A stretch of 64,000 nucleotides of DNA from Octopus vulgaris (GCA_951406725.2 OX597837.1:44640001-44704000), one strand, 5' to 3'; positions 12,746 to 24,611 are shown, numbered from the stretch's first letter. A program made the numbers and translations. Notes: a model not told the origin generated them from the sequence alone.

Positions 12746-13039
12746 TTAATATCTTTACCTTTTAATTCAAGATAGAATGGTGTGATTTAAAGGGGATCTG
12801 GTTGGCGTTTTTAGCAGAATCAACGACTAAATAGACGCTCTGGTGTAAGATGTATACCGCACAAAATATCTTACAGTGATTAGCTAAGTCAGTTTTCACT
12901 CTGAGATCACATCATCATCTCGTGTCCGGGTCAAGTTTGATTTTCATCCCTCTCGACTAGATAAAAGAAGGGTCAATGAAACCAACATAAATGAAAATAA
13001 TCCCCTCGAAAGAAGTTTATTTTAGAAATATTTTACATT

Positions 13040-13455
13040 TATCAAGTCATCCCATAAGTAATGTCCAGACTTCTTCATTTGAAATTTGTAAATGCTTTAA
13101 CAGTATTTTAGAATATCTAATGGCATTAAGTAATATTTATATGTATTTGGACATATTTAAACTAGTTAAATTTCACTTTGCAGGATAATCTAATTGAAAC
13201 TTCACTAATTGAAGCTCTTCAAATATGGAAGTGTCTAAGAAGCATTTGAGGCACATAATGCTTTATGAGTGTAAAAAAGGGAACTCTACAGCTTAAGCGA
13301 CTCGAAATATTCACTTAGTTTATGGCGATGGGTGCCTAAATGAAAGAACTTGCTGAAGATGGTTTGTAAAATTCAGAAGTGGAGATTTCAGCCTTGAAGA
13401 TGATGAGGCCCAAACAGAACGTCCAATTGAGTTTGATGACAAAGTCTTTTCGCAG
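13040..13455 (+). mobile_element. mariner 5' remnant
   Basis: From 13225 MEVSKKHLRHIMLYECKKGNSTA*ATRNIHLVYGDGCLNERTC*RWFVKFRSGDFSLEDD (mariner HTH, with stops). Confidence 0.85.
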
Positions 13456-13529
13456 AACTGATACTTATTTCATCGACCCCGAAAGGCAGAGTCGATTCCG
13501 AACGTAAAAACAGACGAAATGTCACAGCC

Positions 13530-13589
<60 letters not shown>

Positions 13590-13806
13590 GTGATTTCATT
13601 TAATTGCTACAAGAGCGAAGGATGAGGTGGGGTGGGGGGCAATACAAAGACAGACATAAAGTGTTGGGGGTTTACATATAATGAAATGATAACAAAAAAG
13701 TAAGTATACACTGAAAAAGAAGGGACGTATGCATAACATACAAAGATTAAGAAAAGAAAGTCCCGTGCCCTATATTCATCTTTTTTTTCTTCTCCTTCCT
13801 CTCCAG

Positions 13807-14125
13807 GAAGTCGATCTCGGAATCGGACCTATTACACTGACAGCCCATCGTTTTGAATACATTGACTTCACGCATCCGTTCTCTGAAGACGGAATTGGTA
13901 TCGCCTACAGACTGGAAGATGACCGTGTCTCCATGGACATGATATTTCGACCATTTCAATTGTGGGTTTGGATACTAACGCCTGGTGCCATATTTTTTGT
14001 CGGTATCTTCCTGACAGTAATCAACAAGATCAGCGCCATATTCAGATCTACCAAAGCGTGCGAAGAATTAAACTGTTCCTACTACGAGAATTGCTGGTAC
14101 ACGTTGGGAACAGCCCTCATGCAAG
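13807..14125 (+). CDS. iGluR-family gene exon 10 (S1 end, M1, M2 pore loop)
   Basis: ctccag/GTAAAA, phase 0-1; EVDLGIGPITLTAHRFEYIDFTHPF...FRPFQLWVW...WYTLGTALMQ-G. Confidence 0.97.
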
Positions 14126-14294
14126 GTAAAAACGTCGAAGTCACCCGATTTAATTTTACGATTTTTATAACACCTGCCTTCGTGAGCATCCATTTAGTGG
14201 TGATAGTGGTTATGTGCTTCATGTGTGTATTTCTGTATGTATGTTTGAGTTATATTTGCGCATATGCATATGTAAATATATATATATATATATA

Positions 14295-14480
14295 CTTTAT
14301 TTAAAGCAGCAGAAATTCAACAAAACCTGTTACTCTGAGTTTCCCGTTCAGTTGCCGTTCATCGGACAGTTTTTGCTAGAACGCGATATGTCGGTTCTAT
14401 TCTAGTAAAAACTGTCCGATGAACGGCAACGAAACTCAGAGTAACAGGTTTTGTTGAATTTTCTGCTGCTTTAAATAAAG
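14295..14480. repeat. fold-back hairpin, arms about 85 bp, with an HHR-like motif in each arm
   Basis: ctttatttaaagcagcagaaattcaacaaaacctgttactctgagtttc... pairs with ...gaaactcagagtaacaggttttgttgaattttctgctgctttaaataaag. Confidence 0.9.
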
Positions 14481-14549
14481 CATATTACTCTACCCCTGGT
14501 ATTTGAGTACTCTTTTTTCCACATTGTTTCACATTTATGTGTTTACTCC

Positions 14550-14595
<46 letters not shown>

Positions 14596-14847
14596 TTTGA
14601 AGGAATATTATTCCTAATTTACAAGGAAAAATTCAATTTAGAAATACTAAATCAAATTTCACAAAATATAATATATATATATATATATATATATAAATTA
14701 GAAAAAGCACCTTTTATCAATTCAAAATGAACAATTAAATTACACCATCTAGAAAATTACATATAATAGAATTATTAGAATTAAAATAACAATAACGATG
14801 ATTAAGTAAATTGCAAAATAATAATAAAAACGTATATAAATATATAT

Positions 14848-15220
14848 AGGCGTAGGAGTGGCTCTGTGGTAAGTAGCTTGTTTACCAACCACATGGTTCC
14901 GGGTTCAGTCCCACTGCGTGGCTCCTTGGGCAAGTATCTTCTACTATAGCCTCGGGCCGACCTAAACCTTGTGAACTGATTTGGTAGACGGAAACTGAAA
15001 AAAGCCCGTCGTATATATGTATATATGTATGTGTGTTTATATGTTTGTGTGTCTGTGTTTGTCTCCCCCCCCCCCCGCCAATATCGCTTAACAACCGATG
15101 CTGGTGTGTTTATGTCCCCGTAACTTAGCGGTTCGGCAAAAGACACCAATAGAATAAGTACTAGACTTACAAAGAATAAGTCCTTGGGTCTAGTTGCTCG
15201 ACTAAAGGCGGTGCTCCAAG
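14848..15220 (+). mobile_element. tRNA-derived SINE family B with internal (TA)/(TG) microsatellite
   Basis: aggcgtaggagtggctctgtggtaag...gggttcagtccc...ccttgggcaagt... Other copies about 4130-4442(-), 17770-18088, 20535-20770, 21030-21435(-), 26290-26461(-), 35438-35775, 42540-43165, 47815-47980(-), 55170-55600(-), 58610-59085(-). Confidence 0.9.
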
Positions 15221-15819
15221 CCAGGTCCTGTTGTCTCCCTTGTCATCCACTTCTCCAACCACTTCCTTCCTTCCGGTCAATTCAACATATGCATCCATTA
15301 ATCCAGCTATGTTCTTTTTTCCTCTACAGATATTTTCTCTCCTCATTTCATTGTGTAGAAGAGCGTAGGCTCGAAACGTCAAGGAGTTCCTCTATTTTTT
15401 CCTGAGCGTCAAACTAATACAACCTATTTGTTGTTACCTCAACCGTCTCTGTCTTTCGTTTTTCTACCATTTTGAACCAATATATATGTACAAATATTTA
15501 ACATGTTACATGCATAAAATTGTGGCCTTGCAAGGGAACCACCTTGAAGATTTTTTTTTTTTAGATGTATGACTCGATCCCAGTACATATTTCCTAACCA
15601 TGATACTTATTATATCTGTGTCTTTCGTCGAACCGCTAAGTTACATATCGCACTTGTTCCACTTCTAATTACTTTTAAAATGAAGTCCTATCATTTCGAG
15701 CCACTATATATATATGTGTGTGTGTGTGCGTTTGTGTGCGTGTCTGTACATGTGCGTGTGTATTAATATATACAAATTTCCGATTCACATATATATATCG
15801 ATATACAATCTACCTGCAG

Positions 15820-16037
15820 GTCAAAACAACGAACCAAAGAACGTATCTGGTCGAATCGTGATCATCTTCTGGTGGCTCTTTGTCATCCTGTTGACCACCT
15901 ACTACACAGCCTTCTTAGCTGCTATTCTTACCGTCAAAGTCTCCAAATTATCCATCACAAGTCTAGAAGATTTAGCACATCATCCTTCTATAAAGCCCAT
16001 AACACTCTCCGGATCAACGTGGTGGTCATATTTTTTG
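15820..16037 (+). CDS. iGluR-family gene exon 11 (M3, S2 start)
   Basis: ctgcag/GTCAGT, phase 1-0; QNNEPKNVSGRIVIIFWWLFVILLTTYYTAFLAAILTV...SITSLEDLA...TLSGSTWWSYFL. Confidence 0.97.
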
Positions 16038-16454
16038 GTCAGTCGTGATTTTCTATAGATTCTGTGATTCTCGTCTCCAATTTGCTTTTATTTATGTGTT
16101 TGTTGTACCTATTTTGTTTATGATATTTAGGATTGTATTTGTCTTTTTGTGAATATTATGCTATTTAATCAATGGATGCTTATACAGTGAAGTCTGCCGT
16201 AACATTCCATATGTAAATGAAGGCGCTGGCGTGGCTGCGTGGCACGAAACTTGCTTCCCAACCACATGTTCAGTCCCACTGCGTGGCAACTTGGTCGAGT
16301 GTCTCCTACTACAGCCTCGGGCCGACCAAAGGCTTGCAGGTGGATTTGGCAGACAGATAGATTCTTGCTCGATGGGAGATTAATAATAAAAATGATCCCA
16401 TCTCAATTTAAGTAGATTATAAAGATTATTTTCTCTTTCACCTTCCGACTCTCT

Positions 16455-16485
<31 letters not shown>

Positions 16486-16571
16486 TCTCTCTCTCTCTTC
16501 GTAAGACTTGAGAGATAGACAAATTAAATAACATAAGTATTGACCCACGGTCTAGAGAAACTGACCACGGT

Positions 16572-16672
16572 GATTATTAGCGGGTGGAATTTACCATGGC
16601 GGAATATACCATGGTGGAATTTACCTTTGGTGAAATTTACCAGGTGGAATTTTCCGTGGTGGAATTTACCTA
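16572..16672. repeat. 15-nt quasi-palindromic minisatellite (GGTGGAATTTACCAT)
   Basis: About 6-7 tandem degenerate units read directly. Confidence 0.85.
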
Positions 16673-17147
16673 GAGCCCAATTTACCACAGACAGACAGAC
16701 AGACTCACACACACGCGCGCGCGCGCGCGCACACATTGGATGGCTATAAATGATTTATTACAAGTAACAGTTATTATGCTTAGTCTACAATACCCTGTCT
16801 GCCATTCCTGATCCGCCAGCATTACACGCTGGGCAATTCTTTCGAGGAATTAGAAAGTGCGTCTTATACGCCGGCAAAATCAGATTCTCTCTTTCTCTCT
16901 CTCTCTCTGCATGCATACATACATTCATATATACACACATACAGACACACACATACATACATACACACATACATACATACATACATACATACATACATAC
17001 ATACATACATACATACATACATACATACATACAGACCAGGCAGTGGCTCTCAAGGCTTCTGATCTTAACTGACTGGCAGTGTTATCATGTATATTGCTTT
17101 GTCTTAGTATTTTTGGTATTTTGGTATTTTATAATTTGTCTTAACAG

Positions 17148-17398
17148 AAATCACGGAATCCATCGTATCGGACGATTGGTCGAGAGATCCGCAGGAGTCC
17201 GAATGTCACAGATACTGCCAGGATAATGGAAATGGTGTTGACCGAAAACTTTGCTTATGTCATGGACAGCTCAGTGGTGAGGTATTTCGCTGCAAAGGAC
17301 AAGAAGGCTTATGCATTCGTCGAAGAGAAAGGTTACAGGCAGAGCCTAGGGTTCATCACGCCAAAACACTCAGCAATTCGAGAAATGCTTTCTTTCAA
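17148..17398 (+). CDS. iGluR-family gene exon 12 (S2); not in ORF track
   Basis: taacag/GTAGGT, phase 0-2; KSRNPSYRTIG...ENFAYVMDSSVVRYF...QSLGFITPKHSAIREMLSF. Confidence 0.95.
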
Positions 17399-18148
17399 GT
17401 AGGTAACACACATTTCGAATTAAAATACTTCCTTATTTTGTTTTTTTAAATTTTTGTGAAGGCGAAGACGTTATTGTGTGGTTAAGAGGGTCGTTTCACA
17501 AATATGTTGTTGGGAGTTCGATCCCGTAGCAGATGATAATGAGGCAGATGTTTTTTCATGTATTAGCGGCTTTTTAAGGATAGTGGTGGTTTCCGTGTGA
17601 TATCCTGCAGGACGAAAACCAAATTCTGCCAGAGTTCATATGACCTCGGTAGTGCGAATGGCCGTCCAATAGCTGCGAGTGAGAGATATTCTTTTATTCT
17701 TTTACTCGATTCAGTCATTTTGATTGTGACCATGCTGGAGCACCACCTTTAGTCGAGCAATTCGACCCCAAAGCCTTGTGGGTGGATTTGGTAGACGGAA
17801 ATTGAAAGAAGCTCGCATGTATATGTATATATATATATGTGTGTGTGTGTGCCTGTGTGTGTGTCTGTGTGCATACGTTTGTGTGTCTGTGTTTGTTCCC
17901 CCAGCATCGCTTGACAACCGATGCTGGTGTGTTACGTCCCCGTAACGTAGCGGTTCGGCAAAAGACACCGATAGGATAAGTACTAGGCTTACAAAGAATA
18001 AATCCTGGGAGTCGATTTGCTCGACTAAAGGCGGTGCTCCAGCATGGCCGCAGTCAAATGACTGAAACAAATGAAAGAATAAAAGAGTAATTATTAATTT
18101 GCCTTTACAGCTGTATGCTCACGTTATTATTTTGGGAAATAATATCGT

Positions 18149-18233
<85 letters not shown>

Positions 18234-18242
18234 CACACGCAT

Positions 18243-18276
<34 letters not shown>

Positions 18277-18445
18277 GAGACAGAGAGAGAGAGAGAGATG
18301 GAGACAGACATACAGACAGAGAAAGAGAGAAATAAATTTACGTAGATCCTAAAAAATACAGAATACTAAGGGGAAAATATACAGACAGCCGCCTGAAGAT
18401 AAGACCTCTCACTATTTTATGTTTATTTTTGTTGCTCTGTTTCAG

Positions 18446-18746
18446 TATCATTAAATTTCAAGAGCTGGGTCTAATTGAAAAATGGCGAAGGCAATGGTGT
18501 AACTGTACCAAGCAACTTTTGTTGCGAAAATCTGTTGAAACTAAAGCTTTGGCCTTGGAGGACCTGGGTGGCGCTTTCACGGTAGCCGGTGGTACGGCAT
18601 TGGCGAGTATTCTTTTGGCATTCATGGAAAAAGTTATAAGCAAATACAGAAAAAGCAAAGTCCTTGAAACGCCCATAGAAGAAAGAAATGAGCAGAAAGA
18701 CTTAGAACAATCTTCTATAAGACTAAAACTGTTCCGTAGACGTTGA
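18446..18746 (+). CDS. iGluR-family gene exon 13 (S2 end, M4, C-tail, stop)
   Basis: tttcag acceptor, phase 2; IIKFQELGLIEKWRRQWC...ALALEDLGGAFTV...LKLFRRR*. The 13 exons sum to 2565 nt (854 aa plus stop). AATAAA near 18807. Confidence 0.95.
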
Positions 18747-18912
18747 AGTATTTTTTAGAATTTTAGAACTTGAATGAAATGTATTTGTTAAAAGTTTTAT
18801 TAAAAAAATAAACAATCTTTCTTTTTCAGAAAATGTTCCATTTATTATTTTTTTTTAGTGTTTATTTAAAATGTAGCTTTCCGTTTTTTTTCCTCCATTG
18901 TCTGTCAATTTA

Positions 18913-19990
18913 CACAGGCCAACAAAAATTTTTTTTTTTCTCTGTTGTCAAAAAACTTGGACCGAAACTACGTTTTTTGGGGGTTTTTTTGACACTCAGA
19001 ATCTGAAAATGACATCCATTTATTACCATTACATCAAGATTTTAAGATACTGGATCCATAAAATTTTTATTGTTTTTCAATCAAACACCTTTGAAGAACA
19101 AGGCAGAACATACAAACTTACTTAGAAATTGGTTTTTTCTTCAAAACCAGAATGTTTCCGTAGAATTCTAGTAAAGAACTAATAAAAAGCTGGAAATTCC
19201 TACTGACAAATTACATCAATATTTATACAGTAACGCCCCGGGATACGAGTGAATTCGATCATGGAAATGGCTCGTAAACAAAATAAATCTCGTAAACGCT
19301 CGTAAACTCGGTGTCTCGTAAAGCGGGTCCTCGTAACGTGTGGTATTACTGTATCTAATTTGCGATAAGTTTGCGTTTGGATGATTCTCTTGAGTGCTGA
19401 ACCTAAAGAAAATCCCATAGCAAGTTCCAGCTACAGTCCGCCATCATAGAAAAGTCCCATCTGTCTCAATGGAAACATTCTCCACCCTCGTCGCTTGTGT
19501 CACCAAGATTTTCAGGGAATTTATCAAGGTGACTGTGGAGAGAGTACATCTTTATGCTCATATTTGCTCCCTATTTTTGAAGGTTCCCCAGCATGTTGTT
19601 GACTACTTCGATGTACTTGTCTGCTATTATCTTGTGACCCAGAAAGTCATTTACGACTTCTACAAATGAATTCCATGCTGCCGCTTCAATGCAGTTCAAT
19701 AAATTTACAGACTTCCCAATTTTCATGAATTTTCTGATTTGAGACCCATCATATAATCCAGCTTTTATCTTTTCATTACTCGGACCGGGAAATGTGCTAC
19801 GGATATAATGAAAACACGATTCAGTTTATCCAGAACTTGAACAAACTGCTTCACAAGGTCGAGTTTCATATGGATTAGAGGTAGGGTGAATTTTCTCCAG
19901 TTTAACTAAGGGCTCTTCAAGACATTAAAAGACTCCCGAACTAATATTCGCGGCGGCAATTCTTTGATCACCCAATAGCAACAAACCACC
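18913..19990 (-). mobile_element. Chapaev-3 (CMC)-like DNA transposon remnant
   Basis: Minus-strand translation across frameshifts: EEPLV..LPLIHMKLDLVKQFVQVLDK..FPGPSNEKIKAGLYDGSQIRKF..AAWNSFVEVVNDFLG..MSIKMYSLHSHLDKFPENLGDTSDEGGECFH..MMADCSW. CAC terminus at 18913. Family name is recalled from motifs. Confidence 0.7.
19228..19351. mobile_element. Tigger/pogo-type MITE nested in the Chapaev-like remnant
   Basis: TA-CAGTAA...TTACTG-TA ends; internal ctcgta repeats. Confidence 0.65.
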
Positions 19991-20018
19991 AGTTGAGTGG
20001 TCTTTTATCTTACACAAA

Positions 20019-20074
<56 letters not shown>

Positions 20075-20116
20075 CAGGCGAATCTGGTTGTGTGTGTATT
20101 TGGAATGTAAAGGCTC

Positions 20117-20184
20117 CCTACTGATGAAAACTAGCCTCAGTAAATATTTTTTTTACTAGAATTAGTCTGAAACCATGGTCTAGG
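20117..20184 (+). ncRNA. type I hammerhead ribozyme motif (canonical core, GUC triplet)
   Basis: ccta-CTGATGA-aaactag...ttagtct-GAAAC-CATG-GTC-tagg. Confidence 0.8.
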
Positions 20185-20419
20185 AACTAAATTAGATGGT
20201 AAACATTTTTAATTTTCGATCCTTTCGAGAATTTATCCATAATTAGTGGTTTGAGTTTTCTACTGCTCTTTCTAGCACAAGGCTTTCCTATTTGGAAGTC
20301 TCTTAATGTGTTCTAATGTACACGATATGTTTATGTGTGTATATATATATATACATACATATATAAATTAGAGAAAAACCACTATTATGCAATTCAAACA
20401 ATACTAGACATAAAATATA

Positions 20420-20535
20420 TATATTTTTTAAAGCATATAACTAGATCACAACAAGTATAAAAAAGGAATAATCAATTACATATTGATTATTCATTTTTAT
20501 ACTTTTTGTGATCTAGTTATGTTTTAAAAAATATG
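20420..20535. repeat. imperfect fold-back hairpin
   Basis: ataactagatcacaacaagtataaaaaaggaataatcaat / attgattattcatttttatactttttgtgatctagttat. Confidence 0.8.
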
Positions 20536-21236
20536 TGTGTGTGTGTGTGTGTGTTTGTGTCTGTGTTTGTCCCCACAACATCGCTTGACAACCGATGCTG
20601 GTGTGTTTACGTCCCCGTAAGTTAGCGGTTCGGGAAAAGGAGACCGATAGAATAAGTTCTAGGCTTACAAAGAATAAGTCCTGTGGTTGATTTGTTCGAC
20701 TAAAAGCGGTGCTCCAGCATGGCCGCAGTCAAATGACTGAAACAAGTAAGAAAAAAAAGTAAAAGTAAGTATAAAAGTATAGAGATGAAGTATTACTTAT
20801 TTTACAGGACAGAACAAAGTGGATTCCTTCCTGAATTTTAAACTTAAGGTAAATCTTCCTTATGTTGCTTTACAATTTGCTTTCATCTTTGTCTAATAGG
20901 TTTCTTTTTCATTTGACTAATTAGGCACCAAATTTAATTAACTTAGACCTACATGATAACTATAATCCCATCCTCATGAAACTTCACCATTTACCTTCAT
21001 TCTTGTTTCTCTCTCTCTTTCTCTTTTCTCTTTCTCTTTTACTTGTTTCAGTCATTTGACTGCGGCCATGCTGGAGCACCGCCTTTTTTTAGTCGAGCAA
21101 ATCGAGCCCGGGACTTATTCTTTGTAAGCCCAGTACTTATTCTATCGGTCTCTTTTGCCGAACCGCTAAGTGACGGGGACGTAAACACACCAGCATCGGT
21201 TGTCAAGCAATGCTAGGGGGACAAACACACGTACAT

Positions 21237-21271
<35 letters not shown>

Positions 21272-22019
21272 CGACGGGCTTCTTTCAGTTTCCGTCTACT
21301 AAATCCACTCACAAGGCATTGGTCGGCCCAGGGCTATAGTAGAAGACACTTGCCCAAGATGCCACGCAGTGGGACTGAACCCGGAACCATGTGGTTGGTT
21401 AGCAAGCTACTTACCACACAGCCACTCCTGCGCCTATATATATTTATATATATATATATACACATAAAAATATCGTGTATATTAGAACACATTAAGAGGC
21501 TTCTAAATAGGAAAGCCTTGTTTCTATGAATCTCTTTTTTCTCTTTCACAAGCGAGGTTCCACTTGAACCCACAGTTTAACTACAATTCCATCCATATGT
21601 TTCTTTACAAATTCAAAAATATAAAACCAATGGAAGGGAAATAATAATGCACTGCACATTTAATTATTTCCCTTAGTTCCTTTATCTCGGGGCAAACCAA
21701 TGAAAGAAATACAATAGCGGTTGATATTCAAAAATCTGGCAACCTCCTGACCTGAGGAGTGCAGGATTTTTTACGGTTATATGTGCTGTATATATTTAAC
21801 GGAAATTTACTACCTGTACAGTCTTTTAAAGAAAGAAAATTAAACACTAAATGAATAGCAAATGAAATTTTAAGTTCTACTGGATTTTAATTTAACTAAA
21901 TAAAATCGATCCTCAGATTTTTTAATTTTAAAAAATCCTCAGAATTTTAATTCATCTAAATAAAATAGTTCCTTAGAATTTTAATCATTACTGAACCCTC
22001 GAAAAAAGCTAAATAGCAG

Positions 22020-22920
22020 ATGGGCTGCCAGGATCATCATCTTCAACACTGACAGTGAAAACCTCCTCAGCAACAGGAACAACTTCAACCTGTGGAAGAA
22101 ATATTGATGCTGGTGACAGCACATCTGGTTGACTCGAAGTCGATGGCAGTGGATTATCAAGTGTGGACACCGTTGCTGTTTCTTCCTGCTTCCGAGCTAT
22201 TTTCTTGAATATATCGTGCAGTGTTTATCGCTTTACATACTTGGGTCTTTCTCTAATAAATTTATCTTGAAGCAAGTAAACATTTATGATTTCATGTCCA
22301 CTTACAAATCTTCGTTGCTCCAGTCTGGCCAGCAGTCCAGTTGTCAACGTAATTAACCTGTCAATAAAGATTCTTTCTGCCACATCTTCCTCATTTTCAT
22401 CACTGCTTTCATTTTCATCCCTACCTGTACAGGCATTTCTCCCCGGACTTTTAACAATATCTACAATTTCAGAATCAGTGTAATGATGAACTGAAGGCAC
22501 ATCATCATCAACATCCATCCATTCCGTTAAACCATCTTCATTTATCCTTGATGAAAGCTCCTTGGCATCAAGATTAGTTGCATCTTTAACATAAGCAATA
22601 AGTTCCTGTGTTGGCTGCTTTTCTTTGGAAACCCCAAACCCTCAAAATCATCTCCAGTGTCTTCGTTAGAACGAGAAGCAAGCATTAAACTTGGCCACGA
22701 TTTATGACATCCATTTTCCAGTGTTGATGTTTTCACACATTTCCATGCATTGGCAGCAAATCAATGATAAAATGGGAAGGAATGAGCATCAAAACATAAA
22801 TGGTGCCGCCAGAAAACAGTGGCGCGCCAATAAAGTAAATTTGAAAATGTGCTCCGAAATCCACGCCGGAAATCTGAAAGAACCGGATTTTCGAATGTCA
22901 CCAGTAATGCACATTTAATT
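22020..22920 (-). mobile_element. pogo/Tigger transposase C-terminal remnant
   Basis: WMDVDDDVPSVHHYTDSEIVDIV...DENESSDENEED acidic C-terminus typical of Tigger/jerky-like proteins; fragmented. Confidence 0.6.
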
Positions 22921-23183
22921 ATTACCCTTAGTTGATCTATTTCAGATCTACCTTGTGTCCAAGTTGTTGGAAAATGGTGGATAGCTCCGTTAGGAGGGTA
23001 CGTAGAGAGTCGGGGATCATCTCCATTGTCTTCAGCGTAAAATTTTACACAAGAATTAGCTTTTAGATTTTATATGGGTGCTGTAACCTTTCTTTCTATA
23101 GATGGATAGACACACACACATGCGCGCACACACAAACACAGACACACACACATACACATACATACACACAAACATTCATTTTT

Positions 23184-23238
<55 letters not shown>

Positions 23239-24466
23239 GTGTGAGTTCGTACTCATTCGATCCTTTTTCCGATGAGTCTAATGCTCTTAGCTTAGTTTTT
23301 CCTTGGGGCTGACCAGATTAGAGCAATCTCAAGATTAATCAGCCAAAATTGCAAGGATGATCCGGTTCTTGCCTGAAGATTAGAGGCTTCGAATGACCCG
23401 TCCGTGTTTTTTGTATCGTCTATTTGGATGTTTTGCGTTCTTGTCCCAATTTTATTTATATATATATGCGTTTCTCTATGTATGTGTCTTTGGGCATGTA
23501 TTTCACTCCCACCACTGCTTGACAACCGGTGTTGGGTTCTTTTTTTTTTACGTCCCCGTAAGGTAGAAGTTCGACAATAAAAATGGCTTGCAAAAATAAA
23601 AAAAAAGGTACTTGGGTCGATTGATTCGACTAAATGATTTTTGAAGGCAGTGCCCCAGCATGGTCTCAGTCCACTGACTGAAACAAATAACAGATTAAAG
23701 TTACACACGTATGCGTTGTAGTCGCAATCGTTTCGTTACAATTCAGCCATGATCAAAGAAACCAAAGACAAAATGTATTCCCTCCTCGGAAACTATCCTG
23801 TCTTGCTCCCACTCCAGCCTTTGTCTACCGCGGATTACGATATCAAGTGTTCTATTGTATTTTGGTAAGGTGCTACTTGAGGAAGATTTATGCTGCTGTT
23901 TCTACTGGGGCTAACGACCACATCAGGATTCCTCCATTGTCCTCGATTTATTTATATTTAGCAATATGGCACCAAACCTGGTCCCTTCACCCCACGGCCG
24001 CCCAGCTTCAATCTATATACACAAAAAACTGGTTAACTTTTCCTGTCGGAATTTTAACAACTAAATTAAACATGTCGGTATTTCACAGTTTACTAAACCA
24101 GGTTTCCTTTTCTTTTTTCTGTCTTACTTTCTTTTTGTCTTTCTTTCTTCCTTCCTTTCTTTCTTTCTTTCTTTGTTTCTTTGTTTCTTTGTTTCTTTCT
24201 TTCCTTCATTCCTTTCTTCCATCCTTTTCTTTCTTCCTTCCTTTTCTTTCTTTCTTTCTTCACTTATTATATTTGTCTTTTCTATGTGCGAGTTTGTGTA
24301 CGTGTGTGTGTTTATGTATGTGTGTGTGTATGTGTGTGTGTGTGTGTGTGCGTGTACGCATGCCTGTGTATATGTGTGTTTATGCATGCGTATGTATGTT
24401 TGTGTATGTGTGTGTTTGAGCCTGTGTTTGTGAGTATGGTTGTGTCTCTGTCTTGTATGTATGTAC

Positions 24467-24516
<50 letters not shown>

Positions 24517-24562
24517 ATATATACACATGTATGTATGTATGTGTGTGTATGAGTGCATATAA

Positions 24563-24611
<49 letters not shown>

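Noticed and set aside
23236-23460. Structured fragment between (TA)n tracts with CCGATGAG and CTGAAGA
   Set aside because: No GAAAC/GUH half-core, so it is not counted as a hammerhead.
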